From an uncultured Phycisphaerales bacterium (GTDB lineage Bacteria; Planctomycetota; B15-G4; CAYZWU01): 64,000 nucleotides of DNA. The position numbers and the translations under genes are program-made. Of the stretch, positions 15,486-25,200 are shown in pieces (the first letter of the stretch is position 1; every line of letters starts with the position of its first letter). A model generated the notes under the pieces. That model made no database searches and was not told where the DNA came from. It worked only from the letters and a program-made list of their open reading frames with translations. The stretch spans positions 6,645-70,644 of the forward strand of contig CAYZWU010000028.1 of assembly GCA_964482235.1 (NCBI GenBank), read 5' to 3'.

Positions 15486-16541
15486 ATGGCCGTACCAACA
15501 CTTGAATGGAAGGGCGGATTGCCCGGCGAACTCGCCATGATCGACCAGACGCTCCTACCCGGATCGCTGGTAGTGATCAAGGTGAAGGATATCGATTCCC
15601 TGCGCAACGACATTCGCAGGCTCGCCGTTCGCGGAGCCCCGGCCATCGGGCTGGCCGCCTGCTTCGGCGTGGTGCTCGGAGTCCAGGAGTTCATTGGCGA
15701 CCGGCAGGCCTTCGACCGCAGGCTCTCCGAGGTGATCGACTTCCTGGCTCAAGCCAGGCCCACGGCAGTCAACCTCTTCGGCGGTCTGGAGCGGATGCGC
15801 CGGACCGCTGACGAGAATCCCGATCTCGACACGCCGGCCATCAAGCAGAGGCTTCTCGATGAAGCCCAGGCCGCCCTGCGCGAGGATCAGGAGATCTGCC
15901 TCGAGCTGGGCGAGCTGGGACAGACGCTGCTGCCTGACAACTCCGGCGCCCTCACCCACTGCAATGCCGGTGCGCTGGCAACGTCGGATCACGGCACGGC
16001 GCTCTCGGTCTTCTTCGCCGCAGCCCGGGCCGGCAAGACGATCACCGTCTATGCCGACGAGACGCGCCCCCTTCTCCAGGGCGCCAGGCTCACGGCGTGG
16101 GAACTGAAGCAGGCCGGAATCGACGTCACGCTAATCTGCGATAACGCGGCCGGCCACGTGATGAAGGAAGGCCGGATCGACGCCGTCTTCGTGGGTGCGG
16201 ACAGGATCGCGGCCAACGGAGACACGGCGAACAAGATCGGGACCTATTCCGTCTCCGTTCTCGCCAAGGCGCACGGCGTTCCGTTCTATGTCGTGGCCCC
16301 CGTCTCCACGATCGACATGGACACTCCCGACGGAGCCTCCATTCCGATCGAGGAGCGCTCGGGTGACGAGGTCCGGCGATTCGGCGACACATCGGTGGCG
16401 CCGAGCGACGTGAAGGCCTACAACCCGGCGTTCGACGTGACTCCGGCCGAGAACATCACGGCCATCGTGACCGAGAAAGGCATCATAAGGGAGCCCACCA
16501 CGGAAAGGATTGCCGCAGTCGTGGCGGGTCAGGGAGACTGA
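15486..16541 (+). CDS. mtnA: S-methyl-5-thioribose-1-phosphate isomerase
   Basis: DQTLLP, VRGAPAIG, RPTAVNL, THCNAGALAT, ETRPLLQGARLTAWEL, GADRIAANGDTANKIGTY and NPAFDVTP motifs. Confidence 0.96.
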   Translation: MAVPTLEWKGGLPGELAMIDQTLLPGSLVVIKVKDIDSLRNDIRRLAVRGAPAIGLAACFGVVLGVQEFIGDRQAFDRRLSEVIDFLAQARPTAVNLFGGLERMRRTADENPDLDTPAIKQRLLDEAQAALREDQEICLELGELGQTLLPDNSGALTHCNAGALATSDHGTALSVFFAAARAGKTITVYADETRPLLQGARLTAWELKQAGIDVTLICDNAAGHVMKEGRIDAVFVGADRIAANGDTANKIGTYSVSVLAKAHGVPFYVVAPVSTIDMDTPDGASIPIEERSGDEVRRFGDTSVAPSDVKAYNPAFDVTPAENITAIVTEKGIIREPTTERIAAVVAGQGD

Positions 16542-16598
16542 CGAGCGATAACGGGAAGAGGTCGAAAGGCTTCTTCCGAGGGGAAAGGGGGAAAGGAA

Positions 16599-16820
16599 AT
16601 GCCTGCAAGGACGAAGCAAAAGAAAACAGTACGCCCTATCGCACCCGATCCTGTCGAAGTCGAAAAGGCGATCCAGGAGGCCGACGAGGCGAACCGTGAG
16701 GTTCTCGAGTTCCTTCAGGCCGTGGACAAGTACAAGAGAAAGACGAACAAGTCGTTCCCCACCTGGAGCGAGATCCTGACTATCCTGAAGTCGCTCGGCT
16801 ACCGGAAAGTGGACGACTAG
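16599..16820 (+). CDS. Small conserved-looking hypothetical protein (73 aa)
   Basis: Purine-rich RBS. The C-terminal EFLQAVDKYKRKTNKSFPTWSEILTILKSLGYRK resembles a small planctomycete family (from memory). Confidence 0.75.
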   Translation: MPARTKQKKTVRPIAPDPVEVEKAIQEADEANREVLEFLQAVDKYKRKTNKSFPTWSEILTILKSLGYRKVDD

Positions 16821-16835
16821 CGAACACCAGGCCTG

Positions 16836-19805
16836 CTACTCCAAGCCGGAGACGATCCCCCAGTCCGCGCTCTCGATAAACCAATCGTGCGGAACGAGGG
16901 TGAAGTCCTTCTGACTGCTCCCTCCGTCGATGGAGCAGACCACCAGGTCAACGGCGGCGTTGTGGATCCTGCGGCAGTAGAGGAGGCTCTCCCCGTCAGG
17001 AGAGACGACGCAAGGCCACACCGCATTCCCCTGATGGCTTCGGATGACTTTGGCGGCCTCGGCGTTCCCGGACTCGGCGTCCAGATCCCAGCGTACAATC
17101 TCGTTTACGATGCCCCCTTCCGGCAACGAGCGGCGGCGCGTGAGATACAGTGCCTTTCCCCAAGGCTCCCAGACCAGGGGGAAGGCATCGGCACGGCGGA
17201 TCGGATCCTCGATCTCGAGCAGATTCGCCATGGAATCGATTCGCACCGATTGGCCCGTGGCGGCATCCCAGACAAAGGCTTCTGCCGAATCGGAGGAGGG
17301 ATCCACCGCTGTCACGGCGGCCAGCCTCGCCCCGTCCGGCGCCATGGAGATGTGGAAACAATCCGGCACCTTGCCCCCTTCGGACCAGAATCGGATCTCC
17401 CCATCCAGATCGAGGACACGTATCTCCTCGCTGCCGCAGGACCCCTTGAAGGAGAAGGCGATCGAATGGGCGTCCAGCCACCTCAGGAGGCGGCAGCCGG
17501 ACTCCCTCGCGAAACTGGTCAGCTTGCGGCGATCCTCACCGGCAATCGACATGACCCAGATCTGAAACGATCGGCCGTCGAAACGGGTGAAGGCGATCTT
17601 TCTCCCGTCAGGGGAAAGCGTCGCGCTTCCCATGTCCCCGTCAAGGTCGGCCGTAAGGTTGGAGGCGCTTCTATTCCCAGGAGTGAGAGCAAAGATGTCG
17701 CTTTCGTCCTGCTGGAACGGCTTGGCGGCAATGACTATTTTCTCTAGCCTGACGCGAGCCCAGTCGCCCCCGGTGATCGGTCCCATGGCGGAATAAATGG
17801 GAGTCAACCGCCGTGTCTCGAGATCCAGCCTGCAGAAGCCGACTCCTTCTGCATCGGCTTTGGTCAGGAGCAGAGACGAGCCATCCGTGGAAAGGTCGTT
17901 GATCCTGACCTCACACCCTGGTGCGAATTGATAAACCGTCTCGAAGGAAACGGCGCCCGGAGAAATGGGAAAAGACCTCGAGACGATGGCGAAACTCCTG
18001 CCCGTGATGGGCAAATCGCGCGAGGCGGGGCCGGGGGCCATGTTCCGACACCAGTAGAACCGACTGCCGTCTGCACTGCAGACAGGATGGTGGTCGGTAT
18101 GATTGTCGTCTCCCTCGGACAGCAGAGGTTTAACTTCAGAAGGAAGGCCGTCCAGGCCGAGACTCGCCAGGTAGACATCGTAGGTCGGCGACCAGGTTCC
18201 TTCCTGCGCTGACAGCACCATGAACGCTCTGTCCGGTGAAAACGCGAAAGTAGTGGGGCAGGCATCGGAGTCCGAGGGTTCTGACAGCAACAGCTTGGAC
18301 TCCTTCTCGCGGATCTTGATGAAACGGATCTCGGCACTGTCGCTATCAGGATTGTTCGTGAAGTAGATCGTCTCATCATCGAACCACTTCAGATCAAAGG
18401 GAATGCCATGATCCATGTTGCTACCGATCTGCTGCCTCGATGTCCCATCCGAGCACATAATATAGATGGCAGGTACTCCGGAGGAATCGCTGATGAAGGC
18501 CATCTTGGTGCCGTCGGGCGAAACCCTCGGGGAAACGGCATCACCGGGATATTTCGAGGTCAGATTGATGAGCCCCGTCCCGTCGGGATTCATGCTCAGG
18601 ATATCGTACTCTCCCAAGTCGTCCGTTACGGCCGAGAAGATAATCTTCTCCCCCACGACCTCGGTCAGGGGGACATCCGAAACGGCGGGGATCCGGGCTG
18701 CCTGCTTTCCGAAAATCAGCACGACCAGGATGGTTGCCGAAGCCGCAAGACAGAGGGCGGCCAAACCGATCAGGAGGCGTGCCCGCCCGGCACGCGACGG
18801 CATTCCGGCAACAGGCGCGAGAGCCTGCTCGAACTCTCCTGCCGAGAAAAAACGGCCGCCGGCATCGACGGACATGGCCCGAGTCACGGCATCCGTAAAA
18901 AGGGCCGGAAGTCCGGCGCATCGTTTCTCGAGAGGCACCGGCGCCCCTTCGAGCACCTTGCGCCGCAGCTCGTGGTAATCGTTCGCCTCGAAGGGGAAAT
19001 CGCCGGACACCATCCAGTAGAGAAGAACGCCCAGGGCGTAGATATCCACCCTTGGCTCCATCAGGCTTCCGGGGATGAACTGCTCTGGCGCCATGACCAG
19101 CGGCGTGCCCGTCATGCCGCGCCTTCTCTTCAGGTCGGCCGGGCCGATCGAGTGGGCCAGGCCGAAGTCGAGAAGCACGACCCGGCCCTCGTCGGTGATC
19201 ATCACGTTCGTCGGCTTGAGATCGCGGTGGATGAGCCCCTTCGAGTGAAGAAGGGCCAATGCGCGGCAGAGGCTGACGCCGATGCGAACCGCTTCTTCGA
19301 CCGGGAAAGGGCCTTCCTGATCGACGATCTCGGCCAGAGTCCGGCCTTCGACCTTCTCCAGGCAGAGCCGAAGGTCCTCGCCGTCCTGGTCAACGGAGAG
19401 CATCCTCACGATGTTGGGATGGTCGAGGGAGGCCAGGGTTCGGGCTTCCCGGATGAAACGGCTTCTGTCCTGCTCGGTGAGCGGCGTCTCGCGATCGAGC
19501 ACCTTCAGAGCCACTTCCCGGCCGAGGAGCCTGTCGACGGCGCCATAGACCGTGCTGTATGCACCCCGCCCCAGCTCGCCCTTGATCTCGAATCCGGTCT
19601 CGATAGTCGAGACCGACTCACCCGGTTCCGCGTCCAGAAAATCGCCGTCTTCGGCGTGGATGCGTTTCATCAAAGCGAGGGTACGGAACGCCGCCGCCTC
19701 GCGGGCCGTAATTTTTCCTGCCCTGCTGAGCTTCTCCCACTCGAGGGGCTCGCCCTCGTCGATCGCCCTGGCAATATTCTCGCGGAACCTGGCGTCACGC
19801 GGCAT
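16836..19805 (-). CDS. Membrane Ser/Thr protein kinase with two extracytoplasmic TolB/PD40-like beta-propellers
   Basis: LGRGAY, VALK, HRDLKPTN, DFGLA, MAPE and DIYALG motifs; one TM (LLIGLAALCLAASATILVVLIFG); repeated SPDG motifs. Start re-assigned to ATG 19805 (GGAG RBS, overlapping the sigma factor 3' end). Confidence 0.92.
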   Translation of the reverse strand: MPRDARFRENIARAIDEGEPLEWEKLSRAGKITAREAAAFRTLALMKRIHAEDGDFLDAEPGESVSTIETGFEIKGELGRGAYSTVYGAVDRLLGREVALKVLDRETPLTEQDRSRFIREARTLASLDHPNIVRMLSVDQDGEDLRLCLEKVEGRTLAEIVDQEGPFPVEEAVRIGVSLCRALALLHSKGLIHRDLKPTNVMITDEGRVVLLDFGLAHSIGPADLKRRRGMTGTPLVMAPEQFIPGSLMEPRVDIYALGVLLYWMVSGDFPFEANDYHELRRKVLEGAPVPLEKRCAGLPALFTDAVTRAMSVDAGGRFFSAGEFEQALAPVAGMPSRAGRARLLIGLAALCLAASATILVVLIFGKQAARIPAVSDVPLTEVVGEKIIFSAVTDDLGEYDILSMNPDGTGLINLTSKYPGDAVSPRVSPDGTKMAFISDSSGVPAIYIMCSDGTSRQQIGSNMDHGIPFDLKWFDDETIYFTNNPDSDSAEIRFIKIREKESKLLLSEPSDSDACPTTFAFSPDRAFMVLSAQEGTWSPTYDVYLASLGLDGLPSEVKPLLSEGDDNHTDHHPVCSADGSRFYWCRNMAPGPASRDLPITGRSFAIVSRSFPISPGAVSFETVYQFAPGCEVRINDLSTDGSSLLLTKADAEGVGFCRLDLETRRLTPIYSAMGPITGGDWARVRLEKIVIAAKPFQQDESDIFALTPGNRSASNLTADLDGDMGSATLSPDGRKIAFTRFDGRSFQIWVMSIAGEDRRKLTSFARESGCRLLRWLDAHSIAFSFKGSCGSEEIRVLDLDGEIRFWSEGGKVPDCFHISMAPDGARLAAVTAVDPSSDSAEAFVWDAATGQSVRIDSMANLLEIEDPIRRADAFPLVWEPWGKALYLTRRRSLPEGGIVNEIVRWDLDAESGNAEAAKVIRSHQGNAVWPCVVSPDGESLLYCRRIHNAAVDLVVCSIDGGSSQKDFTLVPHDWFIESADWGIVSGLE

Positions 19806-20385
19806 CTCCGGCCATCTCCCTCCCGACGATCTCCATCGTCCTGCGTACATCCATCCTTGCCGCATCGGGCGACGGGTACTCGCACTCCTTGGCAATGATC
19901 CCGTACTCGAGGCCGAGTTCGATCCGCATCAGGAGTGAGTACCGTCTCCTCTCGGGAAGATTCCCTATCACGGCCTCGAAAGCCTCGAACTGCTCCCGGT
20001 CGAGGAGCCCTTCCAGCGGCGTGGCATCTGGCGAGGCCGGGGCGCACCAAGTCTCCTGCGGCAGCCTCTGCCCGGTCACACCGGACGAAAACCGGCGCCA
20101 CACATCGGCAAGGTGGTTGAGGGCGATCCGGCGCAGGTAGGCCCAGAAGGAGCCGATCCCCCGGTATTCGAACCGGTCGAGATAGGGCAGCGCCTTGATG
20201 CAGACATCCTGGACGATGTCCTGGGTCTCGGAAAGACCGCGGGCCGCCACGGGCAGCCTGGCCCGCAGGAAGAGATCGAGCTGCCTCCTGTACCGCTGAA
20301 GCAGATCGCCGCGCGCCTCCTGATCGCCCGCTCGAATCCGGTCGAGAAGATCGGCCGTTTCGAGGAGGATGGCGGACGGGTACAT
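19795..20385 (-). CDS. ECF-family RNA polymerase sigma factor
   Basis: Region 2 (DIVQDVCIKAL...SFWAYLRRIALNHLAD) and region 4 (LPERRRYSLLMRIELGLEYGIIA). ATG at 20385, with an alternative TTG at 20403. Confidence 0.9.
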   Translation of the reverse strand: MYPSAILLETADLLDRIRAGDQEARGDLLQRYRRQLDLFLRARLPVAARGLSETQDIVQDVCIKALPYLDRFEYRGIGSFWAYLRRIALNHLADVWRRFSSGVTGQRLPQETWCAPASPDATPLEGLLDREQFEAFEAVIGNLPERRRYSLLMRIELGLEYGIIAKECEYPSPDAARMDVRRTMEIVGREMAGDAA

Positions 20386-20848
20386 GGTTCTGTTGTCAAC
20401 CAATGCCGGTTCTCCAGACTTGTAACAGAACTCTTTGACGTCCCTGCAGACAGGTTGCTTTCCGGCAAAGAGGCCGCACCACTCGAATACGAATCAGATG
20501 TCAAGTGAAGATCAAGATCCCGAAAGAGAGATATTCGCTGTTTCTCTCTGATCAATGAGAAAAGGATACATATTTCCTGATACCTCGTCAACACAATCCA
20601 TGCCTGCCTGCGTGCGGACAGCCTTCCGGGACGGCTTTCCCTCTTCCCTCGAACACCGGGATCCCGAACCACGATTTCTGAAAAAAAGGGATTTTCCCTG
20701 TTCGGTCAGCGCCGAAAGGCCGGTTTCTCTAACTGTTCAGTTCGAATCCGACGAATCGCGATGCAGCCGCGCGGCACACGGAAAAGCGGAACGATTCAAC
20801 GAACAGGAAAACAGTTATGACGCACTGGATCTCAAAGGAGGAAAAGAG

Positions 20849-22153
20849 ATGTTCAAGCACAAAGGACTTTTGATTCTAATGACACTCGCCGCGGTTCTGC
20901 TCTGTCCCGCAGTGCAGGGGAACGACGAGGATGTTTCGGAGTATTTTCTGGTCGCGGCAGCCGGCAGCGATGCCGTCTACCGGGGAAACATCTACTCGGA
21001 CGATATAGTAAAGGTGATCGACGATGTGCACATCGCGACTCTGACCTATATCACATGGGGGCCTGACGGCAGGCTCTACATCGGCTGCTGGAACCATGGA
21101 AGCGGTCTCATTGCGGCCTATAAGCCGGTCGGTGAACTGCCATATGATGATTTCAACTTTATCGAGGATGCCGTTCCTGCCGGAGGCGTGATCGATCCTG
21201 AAGGACTTGAGTTCGGTCCAGACGGCAACCTTTATGTGTGCAACTACGGCGGCTCTGAAGTCAAAGTATTCGACGGCAGCACGGGGAGTTATCCCTTCGA
21301 CGAGCTACCTCCGATCAGTACGGGAAGCGATCCGCATGCCCTGAGATTCGGTCCCGACGGATATCTCTACGTTGGCTGCTGGGGCAACAGCAACGTGGAA
21401 GTCTACGATATTTCGAATCCTGTACCTGCACTCCATACTATCACGCCCGGGGAATCCGGCGCCTCGAAGCCTTCAGGCATCAACTTCAAACCGGACGGCA
21501 ACATTCTGGTCAGCTACTGGGGAGGCGACCTGGTCCTCGAGTACGAGGGAGTAGCTCCCTATAACTATGTCGGGATATTCACTGACACTCTGGGCACACC
21601 GTGCGACATCGCGATGGGACCGGATGACAACGTCTACATAACCGATTACGCGAACAATATCGTGGCTCAGTTCCCCATGACCGGCGGAAGCTCGACTCAC
21701 GAGTATACCGATCCGGGCCTTTTCGCCCCGGCAGGTCTGCTGTTCATCCCGAACATGCTGATCACGCTCTCGCGCGACATCGACCAGATTTCCCAGTCAG
21801 CCGGGGGTATGGTCACTTTCACCATCCAGGCCGGAGTGGACTTCGAGAGACGGCCCTTCTTCCTCCTCGGTAGCATGACCGGCACGCACCCAGGCACTAT
21901 TCTCCCGGGCGGCGCTGTCCTTCCCCTCGTCAGGGACCAGTTCTTCAACTACATACTGGATTACTGGAACTACCCTATCCTGGAAGACTTCAGGGGATAT
22001 CTCGACCTCGACGGCGCAGCCACGGCCCGTTTCATGCCGGGAGCGGGTGAATTGCCGGCGATTCTGATCGGTAGGAGTCTCTACTTCGCGTTCACCACGG
22101 AATCGCCCTACGACTACCAGTCGAACGTGGTCACCGTGGAAGTGACGAACTGA
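20849..22153 (+). CDS. Secreted NHL/Vgb-like beta-propeller protein with a C-terminal ~130-aa domain
   Basis: AAAGGAGG RBS then ATG 20849; Sec signal (LLILMTLAAVLLCPAVQG); repeats WGPDGRLY, FGPDGNLY, FGPDGYLY, FKPDGNIL and MGPDDNVY. Confidence 0.85.
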   Translation: MFKHKGLLILMTLAAVLLCPAVQGNDEDVSEYFLVAAAGSDAVYRGNIYSDDIVKVIDDVHIATLTYITWGPDGRLYIGCWNHGSGLIAAYKPVGELPYDDFNFIEDAVPAGGVIDPEGLEFGPDGNLYVCNYGGSEVKVFDGSTGSYPFDELPPISTGSDPHALRFGPDGYLYVGCWGNSNVEVYDISNPVPALHTITPGESGASKPSGINFKPDGNILVSYWGGDLVLEYEGVAPYNYVGIFTDTLGTPCDIAMGPDDNVYITDYANNIVAQFPMTGGSSTHEYTDPGLFAPAGLLFIPNMLITLSRDIDQISQSAGGMVTFTIQAGVDFERRPFFLLGSMTGTHPGTILPGGAVLPLVRDQFFNYILDYWNYPILEDFRGYLDLDGAATARFMPGAGELPAILIGRSLYFAFTTESPYDYQSNVVTVEVTN

Positions 22154-22200
22154 CAAGACTGGGGGGGCATCCCGGATCGCGCTTCGCGCAGCTCTAACGA

Positions 22201-22230
22201 GAGGGGCTGGGGTTTTCTCCCCAGCCCCTC
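22201..22230. terminator. Perfect 12-bp hairpin between convergent genes, probable (bidirectional) terminator
   Basis: GAGGGGCTGGGG-TTTTCT-CCCCAGCCCCTC. There is no strong adjacent U-tract. Confidence 0.55.
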
Positions 22231-22296
22231 GGTCTATCAGTCCTCGCATACTATCTTTTTTGACAGCCCGCTGAAACGACGGTCACCCTCCAGCTT

Positions 22297-25200
22297 CTAC
22301 TCACCCTTCACGACGAACTCGAAGGGCTCGAATAGCCCGTACCCCACGGTGTGATACCGGCTGCCCGGCGGCGGACCTTTGGCCGGACCGTGGTGGAACA
22401 TCGCGGGCCATGCCGTCCCGAGCGACGGAGCGCCGTGATGCGGGCCGAGCGTGTTCTTCAGCGTACCGATCACCGTGACGGCAATGACGTTCCTGCCCGG
22501 CACGAGCCGCTCCGTCACGTCGATCTCCCACGGCTGATGCCAGATGGCGCCGGCATGCTTTCCGTTCACCGAGACCTGCGCCACGCTGCCGTGCCACGAG
22601 GAGAGCGTGACGAAAAGGCGTCCGGCAAGTTCAGGAATGTCGAAGGCCTGCGTGTAGGCCACGCCTCCGGCGTAGAAAGGGTGGCCCTGGGCATTCCACC
22701 CCGCCCTGGTGAGACCGCTCCGGTCGACGAGAAAGCCGGCCCGCCTGTTGAAACCGGCCGTCAGCTCGCTCGACACGGAATGGATCGAGACGGAGGGGAT
22801 CTCGAAGGAGTCGCCGGCACCCTCTCCCTTGCCGAAGAAACGCACCTCGCTCAGGCCGACGAAGGCGTTGTCGTCTCCTGCATCAGTGGCGGGAAAAGCC
22901 GCGCCTCTCTGGTTGGACAGGATCTCGAAGGCCACGTAGCGAACCGGCGCCGCGTCGATTGCAAGGCGCGCCGGAAAGCCGGGTCGATTCCTGTTTCCGA
23001 TCGCCGTGCCGGGAGCCTCGTCGAGCTCGAAGGTCCCCAGGGGGACGGTGAAGGTGTCGGGCCGGCCCGTTTCCGAACCCGCGATGCGAAGGCGCTTCAC
23101 GCCGCGGCTCGTGAGGTCGACCTCGTTGTAGTTCCAGATCTCGATCCGGCGCAGGGCGGCAGCCCGCCCCAGGTCGAAGACGATCCGCGGATCGTGGTCG
23201 TCGAGGGGGCTCCCCGCGGCATCGGTCGAGAAGCCGATCCCCGTGGTGAGCCACATCGTGCCGTCAGGCGCGGCGCCGTGTGTGAGCACGTCCTCGAAGC
23301 CCGGCGCCTCGCCCGCGACGATCACGAAACCGGCCTCCACCGCCTTCAACCGGAAGTTCCCCAGGAGATAGGCCGACTCGAGCTCGTGATAGATCGTGAA
23401 GGGCGATGCCTCGATCGTCACGGCGTTCTCGCCCTCCTTGATCGCCCCCGTGATGTCGATCCTGCCGAAGGACCGGTCGAGCCACCACGCACCCTCACTT
23501 GCCGCGACGGAAAGACCGTTGCAGTTGATGCGATAGAGATCCGGCCTCTCGATGACGATCTCGATCGGTCCCGGGACGCTCTCCTCGAAAACGAAGCGAT
23601 AGGTGGCCGAAAAGCCGCCCCCCTCGGGGAAGCTCTTCCTGATCAGCTCGTCGCGCAGCTGGACTGCCGAATCCCAGGGGTTGCGCTCCATCCCGTTCTT
23701 CCGGAAGACGAACCGCGAGGCCTCGTAGACGTAGACCTTCTTCCTCGTCTCGCCGCCGGCCGTCACGTCGACGTAATCGAGGGTCAGCACGTTCGGTCCG
23801 ATCCGCTCGACCGCTGTCGGCCCGGCGGGCGCGATCTTCCGGACGGGCTGCGGCTGTTCTTCCCCCCCATCCCGCTCCGATCGGGAAAGGAAAAGGAGAA
23901 GACTGCCGCAGGGCGGCAGCTCGAACCGGGCCGAGATCCCCCCCTCCCGGCGCGAGAAGGGATAGGCGGCCGTGCCGCCCGACTCGGGATCCCATCGCTC
24001 CACGCCGAGAGCCCGTGATTCGATCGTTCCCGAGGACAGATGGTCGATGCTCGTGTTGACGAGGAAGAGAAGCTCACCGTCTTCGAGACGGCGCCGGTGA
24101 TGGAAGAGGATCCCGCGGTCATTGTCATCGCGCTGCACCCGGAAGCCGTCCTTCGACCGCTCGAGAAGAGTTGCGGGCAGCCGCTCGGGCTCGAGGCTCT
24201 GCCAGCTTTCCTTTCTCGACGCCTCGACACCGCGGGTCGAAGGCCGCCCTTCGACCAGGCTGGGCGGTTCGCCGCAGCAGAAGACCGTCCCGCCGTTGGC
24301 GACGAAAAGCTCGAGCAGCTCCATGGTCCTGCCGTTGAGATTTTCCGCCAGGGGCGGCAGCACCACGGTGGTGTAGCGCCGCTTCCCTATCGTCAACGCG
24401 TCGCCATCCACGGAGCCGTGCCGCTCGAAAATATCCTCGCAGCCGAGATCGTATTCCACCTGCGCCGCCTCGAGGGATAAAAGAAGCTGCTGGAAAGTGG
24501 ATCCGATCTGCCCGAGACGGCCCCGATGGCTGCCGTCCGGCTGATACATCCAGCCTGTTGTCGTGGGCTCGATCACGACGATGTCGTGGATCTGCTCGCC
24601 CTTCGAGAGCGCAGCGGAAAGCCGGGAGAAATAGGCGGCAGGCAGGTGGTAGAGCTTCCACCACGGCGCGTGGTAGGAGAACGACTGGGGATGATCGCGC
24701 TTGCGGGCGCCGCGGATCGTCACGTACGAGAGGTGCTCGTTGAGGGTATTCACCCCCAGAACGTAGAGCCAGTCGCCGATCCGCTTCATGTCCTCGAACC
24801 TGAGATCCCACCCTCCGGCGCCGTAGGCCTCGCAGAGCGTCCGCTCGCGGCCGAGCTGGCTGGCCGCGCTGGCCAGCTCGCGGACGGCGCGGACATTGCC
24901 GAACTGGGCGTGCACATCCTCGCTGTAGCGGTTCATCAAGGTGTCGATGCCCGGGCGCTGCTGCCAGGCGTACATCGCCATGTTGTCCGGGCCGTGCGAC
25001 GCGCCGGGCCAGCCGTGCTCCCAGTAGTGGCCGGTGAACTCCAGGCCGTGCCTCTCGCACCAGTCGTGGCAGGGCTTCGCCCAGAGCTCGACGAACTGCT
25101 CGAGCAGGAGCTGCTGATAGTTGTGGCGGATCCGCTTCCAGTCGCCGAGAGGGCGGACCAGGGCGGGCAGATGCTCCGCGAGATCGTATCCCCATCGCTT

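Noticed and set aside
20735-20760. GTTCGAATCC resembling a tRNA T-loop
   Set aside because: The flanks do not pair into a T-stem and there is no cloverleaf. The similar word near 56863 is inside HK2 coding sequence.
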